A stretch of 64,000 nucleotides of DNA from Candidatus Dojkabacteria bacterium. Its GTDB lineage: Bacteria > Patescibacteriota > Dojkabacteria > SC72 > JAHDCA01. A program made the position numbers and the translations under genes. The stretch is from contig CP129478.1 in NCBI GenBank assembly GCA_030583845.1, forward strand, positions 1,930-65,929, in the 5' to 3' direction. This document shows, in pieces, positions 27,941 to 38,154 of the stretch (within the stretch, counting starts at the first letter, position 1; every line of letters starts with the position of its first letter). The notes below the pieces were generated by a model. That model was not told where the DNA came from, made no database searches, and saw only the letters and a program-made list of their open reading frames with translations.

Positions 27941-28555
27941 ATGCGGTCTGGTTGGAGGGAGGAGGATGCTAGGATATTTTACAAGCCTCTGCCGTAATTC
28001 GGCAGCCGAGTGTATGCAGGGCAGTTTGCATGCCACAGACTAACATCTGTGCTGTCGACCTTTACTGGCCTAAATATATCATCTCCAGAGCACCTGATTC
28101 CTTCCCCCAGCTTCATCTAAAATATCCACTTCCTGAAATGAGGATTTTTATGGAGCTGGAATTATCCAACCATTCCTGAATAGGAGCAGCAGCTGTTACT
28201 ATTCAGGGATGGTCGTAGCAGTTTTTAAATGATCGCCGGGGAATTTGTATAGCCGGGCAGCCCTACCATTTCCAACTTACACCATTTGTCACCACCTGTG
28301 AAGATAGCGGTGTATTGTGACGTCATACAAACCATATTCTACCCACCCCCTTATAAAGGGATTAAAGACACTTCTGCATGATTTGCTCCTTAGGATGCAT
28401 CTTAAAATAATTTCACATCTTTACCCGCCGATGATTTTGTGTGTATTATGTAAAAGGGTACAGACAGGTTAGCGACATATAGCGTCGATATATAGTCATG
28501 TCGAATATTGATTTACATACCTATATATTGAGCACCAATATGACATACCCAACTT

Positions 28556-29854
28556 ATGACGGTCTTGATCCGATACTCTATCCGAGCCTCGGCGAGTCAA
28601 ATAAATTTTAACGTTACTCTAATGGGGAGAAGAGGACAAACAGTAGCAGCTATTATCTCTATTCTAGTTGTGATTGCAGGCTTCGGCTATATTGTAACGA
28701 AAGCAGGATTTCCGACAAACGCATCTACCGTAGTAGGTGGCGATAAGGGAGGAGTAATACTTAAGGCGTATACAAAACAGATCTGTGTTCCTGAGGAGAC
28801 AGATATAACACTAGAAAATGTATCCTTGGGCGAGTATTTCCTACAAGCAAAAATCATAGGCTCACCAACAAAATTGCATGAAAAGTTTTACATGACTGAG
28901 CTCGAGATAGCAGATGCGGTAAACACAGAAAATTTGAGCGAGAAAATCAAGGTAACGCTTGAAAAGACTCATTTTAACGGCTATCCAGGCATGCCAGACA
29001 GTTCTGCACCAGGTCAGAACCCTCTCAACCCAGTTGTTCGATTCACCACACCTGATGTCAACGACGAAATATTCTCCAAGTCATATGAGTCGAAAGTGAA
29101 ACTAACTGCGAGAGAATTTATGAAATCTCAGAAGTGGGGTACGTTAGTGCCAAATGATATGATCTCACTGCAGACGGAGCCTGGCCATGGTGTGCGCATT
29201 ACTGTAGAACATAAGAACTCCGCTCCAGTCATATTAGCCGTCGCACACAAGCCAGTCGAGAAAGGTGATGGTAAGTTCGATCTGTATGTGGAGGCCGATG
29301 TGAAGGACGAAGAGGGAAACGAAATCGACGTACTGTTTGAGATAAGCAATGATGACTTCCAAACAATTCTAGATCAATACATTTATAAGAACATTGACGC
29401 CCAGCCAAACACACCGCTCAAGCAGAGTCATGATTTCAAAGATCTTACTGATGGGCATTATAAGTGGCGAGTGAAAACAATCGAGACAGGTATCGATATC
29501 AAACCAACCTGTGATGGTGGTCAGTTTGAAATCCCAGCAAACCCAAAGACATCCAATCAACCCGAAACAGAAGTTGTGCTTACCGTTACAACTGTTGAGC
29601 CACCTGAGCCAGACCCAATACCAGAGCCAGATCCAACTTCGGACCCTATAGATCCTTCGATTGAGCCTGGGGCTACGACAAACACAAATACTGGAGGTAC
29701 ACCAGCAACCTTGGGGACATCGACCAGAGCAGAGGTGCTCTCAAACACTGGACGGAACCTTCGCCCAGTAGTAGCTCTTGCTGCTGTGATGGTAACAGCG
29801 GGAGTAGTGTACACTGTCGTATCAAATGGTAAGAAGCACAAGGGTAAAAAATAG
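28556..29854 (+). CDS. Cell-surface protein with N-terminal signal-anchor, PEP-rich stalk and C-terminal sorting-signal-like anchor (likely true start MGRRGQ at 28622)
   Basis: EPPEPDPIPEPDPTSDPIDPSIEP linker; C-terminus LSNTG plus a 22-aa hydrophobic segment plus KKHKGKK. Confidence 0.6.
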   Translation: MTVLIRYSIRASASQINFNVTLMGRRGQTVAAIISILVVIAGFGYIVTKAGFPTNASTVVGGDKGGVILKAYTKQICVPEETDITLENVSLGEYFLQAKIIGSPTKLHEKFYMTELEIADAVNTENLSEKIKVTLEKTHFNGYPGMPDSSAPGQNPLNPVVRFTTPDVNDEIFSKSYESKVKLTAREFMKSQKWGTLVPNDMISLQTEPGHGVRITVEHKNSAPVILAVAHKPVEKGDGKFDLYVEADVKDEEGNEIDVLFEISNDDFQTILDQYIYKNIDAQPNTPLKQSHDFKDLTDGHYKWRVKTIETGIDIKPTCDGGQFEIPANPKTSNQPETEVVLTVTTVEPPEPDPIPEPDPTSDPIDPSIEPGATTNTNTGGTPATLGTSTRAEVLSNTGRNLRPVVALAAVMVTAGVVYTVVSNGKKHKGKK

Positions 29855-29899
29855 CTAGAAGCCAAACAGGGTAGTGATGCACAAGATAACAGTGCATTG

Positions 29900-30946
29900 C
29901 TACTCTGTTATCTCCACCCACCTTTCAAAAACAGCCTTTGACTGGCCTTTATATGTTCTCATCCCTGTAGAGTTAGCTAGCGGCATCTGGAGTGTAGCAC
30001 CATTCTCCCAATCTACCGGATCATTTAGGAAGAGCCAGTTTGCGAAATGGAGCCTACTGCTAGCTACTAGGAAGTTAAACCGATTTAGAAAATGCAGCTG
30101 CTCTTCCTCGCTACCTTCATAGCCAGTGCCGTTCAACGTCTCGAAAGCACCTTCAAATTGTGATTGGGAAGGCCAGCCAATCTCGCTGAAGGCAACAGGG
30201 AGATGTGAGTGCTCCGAGATGCGCGAATAGTAATCGTCCGGGATCTGATCTGGAGTCGGATAATCAAAAGATGGATAGCTAGTAAATACTGCGAGATCCA
30301 TATATCCATCAAGCTCTTGCAGCAGATACCAATCTTCTTCATATACATCTATTTTACCTGAGAGGTAGCTATTACCCAAGAAGGCCTCGTACTGAAACAC
30401 CGTAAAAAAAATCACATCAGGATAGGCTGTCTTTAGCTCTGTATATATCTCTTTATAGTACTCATAAAAACTGTCGCCGACGTCAGGATACTGATACTTG
30501 AACAGGTTTGTCTCATTGCCAATGCCGAAATACTTAATCTCGGGATATTTTTCGAGTAGCTGCAACGCCTTTGCAATATACTCATCTTGATCATTCTCCC
30601 ACTGGGCTGGATCTTGGAAACCTAAAACTACTACCAGATCCAGATCGCTATTCTGGATCGTTGCATCAACTATACTGGTTTCCTCCCAGTCAGTGTGCAC
30701 ACCATATATCTCTGCATACTGGTCGATATCTCTGTAGAACTGTCTAGCCTCTTCGGCGGTTGAATCTGGAAAATTGGTTGGAGTATATCCGGCAAAACCG
30801 TAATAGGGTATCTGCTCAGTTTCAACCTGTTCACTGCTGTCTTGCTGGCTGTCGTCATTGTCGTGTAGGCTAACTCTTGATATCGCGAAGCCGAGAGAGA
30901 GCATGACCACAAGCATTATAATTACCCCAATCAGGATGCTTTTCAT
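29900..30946 (-). CDS. Secreted glycoside hydrolase, clan GH-A TIM-barrel (GH5/GH26/GH113-like)
   Basis: Signal peptide; catalytic acid/base motif GIGNETN and nucleophile motif FSEIGWPS at the expected spacing. Confidence 0.6.
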   Translation of the reverse strand: MKSILIGVIIMLVVMLSLGFAISRVSLHDNDDSQQDSSEQVETEQIPYYGFAGYTPTNFPDSTAEEARQFYRDIDQYAEIYGVHTDWEETSIVDATIQNSDLDLVVVLGFQDPAQWENDQDEYIAKALQLLEKYPEIKYFGIGNETNLFKYQYPDVGDSFYEYYKEIYTELKTAYPDVIFFTVFQYEAFLGNSYLSGKIDVYEEDWYLLQELDGYMDLAVFTSYPSFDYPTPDQIPDDYYSRISEHSHLPVAFSEIGWPSQSQFEGAFETLNGTGYEGSEEEQLHFLNRFNFLVASSRLHFANWLFLNDPVDWENGATLQMPLANSTGMRTYKGQSKAVFERWVEITE

Positions 30947-31022
30947 AATTTATTAAACAAGAAATGTTTAGAAATTTCCAGAAATATCTAACTCTTTCAT
31001 CTGCAATCTTTTTTCAGTATAT

Positions 31023-32459
31023 TTGAGTATGGTCAAAAAATTGGTATTCACACTGGTTCTGATTCAGCTGCTTCTACTAGTTGGAGCAAAGAGTACTTAC
31101 GCACAATTTGTCACAGAGCAGGGGGATAGTACGCATACTCTTCAAATTGCGTCATTCCCATATTCACCCGAGCTAAGCCCAATGATCCGCACAATAGAAG
31201 GAAATCAGATCCACGCCATGTCGAGCTCAAACAGCTTCTTGTGCAATATTTCACCTATGAACTTCTTGACCTCCAACGTGCTAGTTCCTTACAGTGATTG
31301 CTTTCTGACCACCAAAGCCCTTGTAAATAGTAGCATTAGCTCTAATGGTGGGATAAATTACCTGCCACCAGATCAGCTAGGAAATGATGATTGGAGATTT
31401 ACCTATAATGGAATTACTGGACTGGACACAATCGACGTAAACGGGCAGAAATATTTAATTACAATAAAGCATAATGAGCATCAGAATTTACGTGCAGGCG
31501 AGTACCTCTACCAAGGCAGAATCCTGACACATGTCCTTGCAGAAGATTGCGCATCCGGGTATGTGAATAATGTATACCAACACTGCTGGGAATCATTTAG
31601 TAGCTTTGTCTCTATCGGATATGCACCTATTAATAGTGCTGGCGAAGTGAACGGGGCTCAGTTTATCGACATTGGTCCAATAGTTTGGCCTCCGAATGGA
31701 TATATCGACGAAAATCGCAATCGCAGAAGCTCTGGCTTTTACCACCCAACTCTCTTTGTCGACGATGATTATATTTATGCATACTACCTAAACGACAACA
31801 ACCTTCAATCAGGACAGAGAAAGTGTTTATCAGCCTCAAGGGTGGCAATTAGTCAGTTCAACGATCCAGAAGCATGGCAGAACTACTATCAGGGCAGCTT
31901 CTCTACGACATCGCTTCCTGAAGGATTTGATAAAGATAACATGGAGCAGTTCTATACCGTTGGTGGCGGCAATGCAGATTGTGTAAGCCTTCCCAATTCC
32001 ACAAGCGATGCAATTATCTTCTTCAACGCGGCCAAAATAAGCGGTACTGACCTATACATAGGTACAGAAGAATCTGCCGTCGAGAATCAGAACTGGCAGG
32101 TTGGAGTAAGAGTCTCTAGGGATCTGGTCAACTGGTCAGAGATGCAAGTGCTAGCGACCGCACCTGGTCCATGGGGCAACGGCACGCTATCATACCCAAC
32201 CTTTATCGATAACCAAGGTCTAAATACAAATGAGGTGGTCGACCCAAGTAACTTCTACCTTGTTGGTAAGAGTGCAACCAACTCTGAGGGCTACGAGCTT
32301 AATTCAACTAGGCTTACGCTTGACACTGGTGAGCTCTTTATGTGGGATGTCACCAACCTATTGAGTCGATATGGTCAGCAGCAATACAACGACCCGAACA
32401 ACGACGGTGTTGTTAACGGTATGGACCTGGTAGAAGCTATCAACAGGCTAGGTGACTAA
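31023..32459 (+). CDS. Secreted protein with C-terminal dockerin-like Ca-binding module
   Basis: Signal peptide MSMVKKLVFTLVLIQLLLLVGAKSTYAQ; C-terminus YNDPNNDGVVNGMDLVEAINRLGD resembles one dockerin type I repeat. Confidence 0.6.
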   Translation: MSMVKKLVFTLVLIQLLLLVGAKSTYAQFVTEQGDSTHTLQIASFPYSPELSPMIRTIEGNQIHAMSSSNSFLCNISPMNFLTSNVLVPYSDCFLTTKALVNSSISSNGGINYLPPDQLGNDDWRFTYNGITGLDTIDVNGQKYLITIKHNEHQNLRAGEYLYQGRILTHVLAEDCASGYVNNVYQHCWESFSSFVSIGYAPINSAGEVNGAQFIDIGPIVWPPNGYIDENRNRRSSGFYHPTLFVDDDYIYAYYLNDNNLQSGQRKCLSASRVAISQFNDPEAWQNYYQGSFSTTSLPEGFDKDNMEQFYTVGGGNADCVSLPNSTSDAIIFFNAAKISGTDLYIGTEESAVENQNWQVGVRVSRDLVNWSEMQVLATAPGPWGNGTLSYPTFIDNQGLNTNEVVDPSNFYLVGKSATNSEGYELNSTRLTLDTGELFMWDVTNLLSRYGQQQYNDPNNDGVVNGMDLVEAINRLGD

Positions 32460-32496
32460 GCAAGTCAGCTTTCAGCGACCTGCATATGCGATCTAC

Positions 32497-34398
32497 TTAG
32501 TAAACCACGACGGAATGATTTTCTTTATAGTCAACCGCGAATATGAATAGTGTTATCTTTGATGGATCAGCCTGATATGCGTTCTCAGTCCAACCAAAAT
32601 CATTGGCCAAGGTCATAGTCTCGCTGCCCTCCACAAGAGACATCTGCCCGCTGTTCCTGCTTATCACTCGGTAGTATCCCTGAACTACATCTCCTGATAC
32701 TAGCTCCATCTGCACCTTTGAAGGGAAGATCTTTGAGCCTGAAGTTGTGTAGGTAATATACCACTGATCTTGCACATCTCCGTCGTCATCAAATTGCAAG
32801 AATATCACAGCCTTGTTTCCATTAACTATCGCTGGTGAGATGTAACGATTGCCATCACCTACCTTCATCTGATTTAAGGCAAGGGACAAGCTTTGTGCGC
32901 AGCCGCCTAAGCCCGGATTGCAAAGTCCGAATACATTGGTCACATTCTGGTTGGCGTAATAGCCAGTAGAAGAGTAGTTATCGAGCAGCTCTGAGCGATA
33001 TACCAAGAAATTATCCGCGTCGAGCATATACCCATTTGCAAGCGCTGCAGTCATTACACCTACATTATCGGTGATCGTGGCGCAGAACTCATGCTCTTCA
33101 CCATCTTGGCACTTCCCGACATCTGAGATCTGTGGTCTTTCTGTGTCATTTCTGACATCAGTAAATAATTGATCTACAGCTTCATACCAAGCATCGGTCG
33201 CAGCTACCTCTTCACTGTATGTGCCACTATCCCACATCTTGAAATTTTCAACACTGTAGATTGAAACACCAGAGGAGCCTGGTCTTGTGCCGTCATCTTT
33301 CGAGTAGATAACATAGTCGTCAATCGCATTCGCAAGAGCGCTGAGATCCTGACTGCTTCCCTCATCTGCACTTTGTACTAGTCCGCGCAGATCTATCGCA
33401 TATGCTGAAAATTCTGTCACTAACATACCGTAAGGCTGAGAGTTATCAACAGCCTCCAAGAAATTCTGGTACGAATTCTCACCCTCCGAGATTGCTAAGT
33501 CTATCTCGCTCTTCAAATTTTGAAGCAGACTAATGTCAACTAATGATAATGTTTTACCGCTAGTAGCTTTATGGCTTCGAGAATCAACAAACGAGTCCAC
33601 CATACCTTTACCGACCTCTACGACATCATTACTATTAGCCATAACCTCCACAACCTCTGTATACTGCCATCCATGACCTGGCTCTACCTCCTCAGAGGCC
33701 AAGAGATAGGGTGTAGCACCCTCAACTGAGTTCGCAACCTCGATGCTGGCCATCAAGCATGCATCAAATCCGATCATGTCGTAGGAGCTGTTCGAGTCGG
33801 TAAGTGCTGACTTAATCTCATCAAGCTCAAGAATATCACCATCAAAGTTTGTATCTGCACCAAACCCTAAATAGTCACCACCGTGATCCCAATTCACTAG
33901 ATACACTCTGTCATAGCCGGCTTTCCGAGAGTTTGCATAGCTCAAGAATGCTTCATATGTTTTCTGCTCAGACATATTCACTTTGGCCTCACGCTTCTCA
34001 TAACAATCGGCGTCGCCATATACATCATTGTTCGAATCCTCCATCAAACAATCAGTATCCATATACTTAATTCCTTGCCATCCTGGAGTCCTAGCGCCAC
34101 CAAAACCGATCAAGACATCTACATTGTTTGAGCGATTCTTCTTCAATCCTTTGACAAGCTCATTCAGATCTTGAGTTGCATACCCTCCTGGATCATTAGA
34201 TTCATCACCGACTCCATCTCTTGGATTTGTGTCATCCTCAAGATCACTTCCGACCATATACATTACTATAAGGCTCTCTCCAACAGAGCTGCCTCCAAAC
34301 TTAGTAATTGAGTCGCTCTTATCCTGATAAAGCACGACTAGCAATATAGTTACTATAATAGCGATTGCCCCACCTATTAAAACTTTATACCTTCCCAT
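32497..34398 (-). CDS. Clostripain-like cysteine peptidase (MEROPS C11 family), secreted
   Basis: N-terminal TM/signal; His motif VNWDHGGDY and Cys motif IGFDACLMAS match the C11 catalytic dyad context. Confidence 0.75.
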   Translation of the reverse strand: MGRYKVLIGGAIAIIVTILLVVLYQDKSDSITKFGGSSVGESLIVMYMVGSDLEDDTNPRDGVGDESNDPGGYATQDLNELVKGLKKNRSNNVDVLIGFGGARTPGWQGIKYMDTDCLMEDSNNDVYGDADCYEKREAKVNMSEQKTYEAFLSYANSRKAGYDRVYLVNWDHGGDYLGFGADTNFDGDILELDEIKSALTDSNSSYDMIGFDACLMASIEVANSVEGATPYLLASEEVEPGHGWQYTEVVEVMANSNDVVEVGKGMVDSFVDSRSHKATSGKTLSLVDISLLQNLKSEIDLAISEGENSYQNFLEAVDNSQPYGMLVTEFSAYAIDLRGLVQSADEGSSQDLSALANAIDDYVIYSKDDGTRPGSSGVSIYSVENFKMWDSGTYSEEVAATDAWYEAVDQLFTDVRNDTERPQISDVGKCQDGEEHEFCATITDNVGVMTAALANGYMLDADNFLVYRSELLDNYSSTGYYANQNVTNVFGLCNPGLGGCAQSLSLALNQMKVGDGNRYISPAIVNGNKAVIFLQFDDDGDVQDQWYITYTTSGSKIFPSKVQMELVSGDVVQGYYRVISRNSGQMSLVEGSETMTLANDFGWTENAYQADPSKITLFIFAVDYKENHSVVVY

Positions 34399-34543
34399 AA
34401 AATATATAAGTGTGAAAATTTAGCGCTGTAATAAACAGTATATTCATTACTATAATACCTTCTAAGTAGCACATTCGCAAGATTATGAAATCGCTTTAAC
34501 TCTACCCATAAGCCTTTCCTAAGTGTATATTTAGCTAGTTAAT

Positions 34544-34963
34544 ATGGAGTTTAATAATTATATGGCAACCGAAAATCCGAAACCAAGCAAAAAAGCACGG
34601 GTAAAAGGCGTTGGCAATGAATTCAAAGATTTCATCATGCGTGGAAATGTGGTCGATATAGCAATAGGTCTCACAGTGGGTGTGGCTTTTAACGGTGTCG
34701 TGAATTCACTGGTCAATGACATAATCATGCCGCCGATTTCATATCTAACTGGCGGTACTACATTTGAAGAGTGGTATATCCCACTTTCTAACCAGACCTT
34801 TGAATCGCTCGAGGCAGCACAGGCAGCAGGTGTACCCATAATAATGTATGGCCACTTCATATCGCAGCTTCTTGATTTTCTTATCATCGCGCTATCTGTT
34901 TTTGTTGTCATTAAGCTACTTGCTAGGCTTCATATCACAAGTATGCCTGAGAAGAAGAAATAG
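34544..34963 (+). CDS. mscL: Large-conductance mechanosensitive channel MscL
   Basis: EFKDFIMRGNVVDIAIGLTVGVAFNGVVNSLVNDIIMPPI. Confidence 0.9.
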   Translation: MEFNNYMATENPKPSKKARVKGVGNEFKDFIMRGNVVDIAIGLTVGVAFNGVVNSLVNDIIMPPISYLTGGTTFEEWYIPLSNQTFESLEAAQAAGVPIIMYGHFISQLLDFLIIALSVFVVIKLLARLHITSMPEKKK

Positions 34964-35024
34964 TAGCGGCATTTTTACGATCACTCTTAATCCTTCTATA
35001 GTGTCGTACACTGGAAAATAGTCT

Positions 35025-35732
35025 ATGCAAAATCGTTATTTAAAAGAAACAGAGAGGGCAATTAATAAGCTCCTCAAGCAGAGAAAATTTAACCTCGCGT
35101 CATTGATCATGTTGGTTATATTATTTGCTGTTATCGCTTATTACGAATCTAGGCCAACTGATGATGGAGCCAATAACAAAGAGCAAGCTGCAACCGATAC
35201 GACACTCCACGAGGTTACACGGGTAATTGATGGTGACACTATCGAAATTATTTACCAGGGAGAGCCCGTAAGCGTCAGACTAATTGGTATTAATGCACCA
35301 GAGCTCTCGCCGGAAGAGTGCTACGCCAACGAATCTAAGCAATATCTCGAGTCACTACTGCCAGTAGGATCTCAGGTTGCAATTCAATTTGATGAGACAC
35401 AGGGAGAGCGGGACCGATATGACCGGCTTCTCCTTTATATATGGAACGACGAGCTATTTATAAATGAGATGCTGATCGCAGAAGGAGCTGCAACCGAATA
35501 TACATATGATAATTCTTACGAGTATGATCTGAGCTTCAAAGAGGCTGAGCATATTGCTGAGATCTCAAACAAAGGGCTCTGGGGTGGGAGCTGCGCATGT
35601 GATAGGTCGGAAAGTATAAGGTGTAGCGATTGTGAGCTAGCAGAAGTGACACGGATCGCTTGGGATTGTTCAATTGAGAAAAGCACACTGAGGGATACAT
35701 CATGCACACAACAGTGCGACGTGCCGCTTTAA
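35025..35732 (+). CDS. Thermonuclease (staphylococcal nuclease homolog), membrane-anchored with Cys-rich C-tail
   Basis: VTRVIDGDTIEI..VRLIGINAPE...RDRYDRLLLYIW SNase motifs; N-terminal TM. Confidence 0.8.
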   Translation: MQNRYLKETERAINKLLKQRKFNLASLIMLVILFAVIAYYESRPTDDGANNKEQAATDTTLHEVTRVIDGDTIEIIYQGEPVSVRLIGINAPELSPEECYANESKQYLESLLPVGSQVAIQFDETQGERDRYDRLLLYIWNDELFINEMLIAEGAATEYTYDNSYEYDLSFKEAEHIAEISNKGLWGGSCACDRSESIRCSDCELAEVTRIAWDCSIEKSTLRDTSCTQQCDVPL

Positions 35733-35819
35733 GCACTCTAGATTATAGAGCCAGTTGCGTTACATCAAGGTATAAAAAGGTTATAATTCCACGAACTATT
35801 TCAACAACCCGACCGCGAT

Positions 35820-36359
35820 TTGAAAAAAGATGAGAATAAAAAACAGCTCAAGTACCTCAGGTTTCCAGTGCTACATATAGGCCAAAATGAGAAGCAGCTT
35901 AGAGAGCCATCGAAGCCTGTAGATCTAGCAGAAGTTGGCACGGCTGAGTTCGAGGATTTTTTAGAGCAGCTTTTTGTTGCGATGCATTCCGAGCCTATGA
36001 GGGAAGGATGGATGGCTGCAGGCATTTCTGCAGTGCAGGTTGGTGTGCCAAAGCAGGTCTTCTATGCTTACAATAGCAACACTGAGACTTACGATATTTT
36101 TATCAACCCCCAAGTTGAATACCTTGGCGAGGCGCAAGATATAAAGATTGAGAGCTGCCTTAGCATTCCTGATGTGATCGGTGGAGTAAGAAGGCATAAG
36201 AGAATACGCGTGTCATATTACGATAGGGAGGGGCAGAAGCAGAGGAAGACTTTCACCGGATGGAATGCGCGGGTGATACAACACGAGTATGACCATCTAC
36301 AAGGTGTACTTTTTACAGACAAGATCGTAGAGGGATACAGTGGTGAAGAGTATGCATAA
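35820..36359 (+). CDS. def: Peptide deformylase
   Basis: GxGxAAxQ-like ISAVQVGV, ESCLSIPD and QHEYDHLQG metal-binding motifs. Confidence 0.85.
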   Translation: MKKDENKKQLKYLRFPVLHIGQNEKQLREPSKPVDLAEVGTAEFEDFLEQLFVAMHSEPMREGWMAAGISAVQVGVPKQVFYAYNSNTETYDIFINPQVEYLGEAQDIKIESCLSIPDVIGGVRRHKRIRVSYYDREGQKQRKTFTGWNARVIQHEYDHLQGVLFTDKIVEGYSGEEYA

Positions 36360-36375
36360 CTAATCAGGCTGTCCA

Positions 36376-38049
36376 ATGGAGCTAGATATTATTTCCCTAA
36401 GAAAAAAGCAGAGAGTAAAGTATATCGGTTTTCTATTTTCGATTGGGTTGATTGCATTTGTAATTTTGGCTGTAAGCATTAAATTACTTTATAACCCAGT
36501 TGAGGATAAGAATCCGGCTCCAAAGAATGTAAGTAGCTCAGAAGAAGTAACAAGACTATGTCTTAGTAACTATATAAGTACAGAGCTCGAGGAGGCACTT
36601 GTTGCGATTATAGGCCAAAAGGTAGGCGAGGTAGAGCTTCTAATTTCAGCCGATGTATCCGAGTGCGACATCTCGATTGTGCGAAACTTAAATGTCGACA
36701 GCAGGTTTGAGACTTTGTGGAGCAAGCTTTATGTACTCACTACTTCTCATGGCAATCCTGCCAGCAGTGTAACCGAGAATCAGCTAGGCGAGTCTATCGC
36801 AAACCAAGGATTGAACAGTGAGCCATTGATCTGGAGTGATGAGAGCAATCTATTTGTAAAGTCTAGGTTCGAAAGTATCTCCGGCCAGCAATATTCCACT
36901 GACATAGATGTGAAAGAAGAGCTGATCAGTGACAATTCATACGGATTACTTCCTTTCAGTGAGCTATCTCCATCTATGGTCGTCATCCCAATCGATGGGA
37001 ATAGCCCACTTGATTCGAATTTTGATATTGATGAATATCCACTCGTAGACAGCTATTCAATTTATAATGCTATCCCTGAGCAAGTTAGCAATGAAGAGCT
37101 AACGGAAACGGCTGAAGCCATACTCGGGCATGCCGAGTTCAATAAAGAGGGTATCTTAACAGCCTACACCGTAGGATCTTCATCACTTGCACAAAATAGT
37201 GTGAGTGTACAACCGGAGCTACTGGCCGAACTAAATAGTGCCGACATACTAGTAGCCCATGAGGATGCTGCATATTTTGATAGTTGTAACTATCTCGCTG
37301 GATCTTTATATGTTTGTGGCGAAACCGATCTTATCGACCGTTATACTGAGCTTGGGGTCGACGCACTGGGTGTAACAGGAAACCACATTCTGGACTTTGG
37401 TCATGAAAGTTTCTCTGATTACCTTGAAAGCCTTACCGGAAGAGAAATCAGCTACTTTGGTGGAGGTGCTAACGCCTCAGAAGCATTAACACCATTGATA
37501 GTTGAGCAGGGCGGACATAAGGTGGCGGTTCTAGGTTTTAACATGAATTGGCCTACATCATATTACGCAAGAAGCAGGGTACCAGGAAGCGCATCTCCAG
37601 ACTTCATGCTTGGAGATGGCAGTAATTTGGCAAACTCGCTTAAGGAGGCCTCGCTCGCCGATCCCGACCTTATTATTGTGCAATTTCATTGGGGAGGAGC
37701 AATGCAGCAGGAAGCATCTCAGCTCCAAAGGTCATATGCACATCTGGCAATAGATAATGGGGCAGATATCGTAGTTGGGGTGAATCCAACATATGTCGGG
37801 CCATTTGAAGTGTATAAGGAAAAGCTAATCGCATACTCATTGGGGAATCTTCTCATGCCCGACTTAATCCAGAAGGAGCTTCACGGAGCGATTTTAAAAA
37901 GTATCTACTATGACGGAGAGCTTATAGCAGTAGAGGTTATTCCGTTGACCATCCAAGATGGTGTAATTTCTAAGGGAAATGTCTCACTTTTGGGCCAGCT
38001 ATTTAATGAAGAACTTGCTGTACAGCTTGAGGCAAGCAACGAGGAATGA
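36376..38049 (+). CDS. CapA/PGA_cap family protein (poly-gamma-glutamate capsule-synthesis-like metallophosphoesterase) with N-terminal TM and long extracellular N-domain
   Basis: C-terminal half: GNHILDFG, IVQFHWGGAMQQEAS, ADIVVGVNPTYVGPFEVYKEKLIAYSLGNLL. Confidence 0.7.
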   Translation: MELDIISLRKKQRVKYIGFLFSIGLIAFVILAVSIKLLYNPVEDKNPAPKNVSSSEEVTRLCLSNYISTELEEALVAIIGQKVGEVELLISADVSECDISIVRNLNVDSRFETLWSKLYVLTTSHGNPASSVTENQLGESIANQGLNSEPLIWSDESNLFVKSRFESISGQQYSTDIDVKEELISDNSYGLLPFSELSPSMVVIPIDGNSPLDSNFDIDEYPLVDSYSIYNAIPEQVSNEELTETAEAILGHAEFNKEGILTAYTVGSSSLAQNSVSVQPELLAELNSADILVAHEDAAYFDSCNYLAGSLYVCGETDLIDRYTELGVDALGVTGNHILDFGHESFSDYLESLTGREISYFGGGANASEALTPLIVEQGGHKVAVLGFNMNWPTSYYARSRVPGSASPDFMLGDGSNLANSLKEASLADPDLIIVQFHWGGAMQQEASQLQRSYAHLAIDNGADIVVGVNPTYVGPFEVYKEKLIAYSLGNLLMPDLIQKELHGAILKSIYYDGELIAVEVIPLTIQDGVISKGNVSLLGQLFNEELAVQLEASNEE

Positions 38050-38154
38050 TGTTAAGATAGAGAAGACTCTCGATTGCAATTTTAGATGAGAAATATTAGA
38101 TTGTATTGAGCAAAATTTTTGACTTTACACTGCTAAAATTACGTGAACAGATAG

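Noticed and set aside
27941-28555. RNase P RNA, tmRNA or SRP RNA in the 615-bp ORF-free region
   Set aside because: None of the universal motifs was found by eye: GGAAAGUCCGG for RNase P; a tag-peptide ORF ending ...AA-stop with a tRNA-like 3' end for tmRNA; GGAAGCAGC for domain IV of SRP RNA. The region is kept only as an unexplained non-coding segment.
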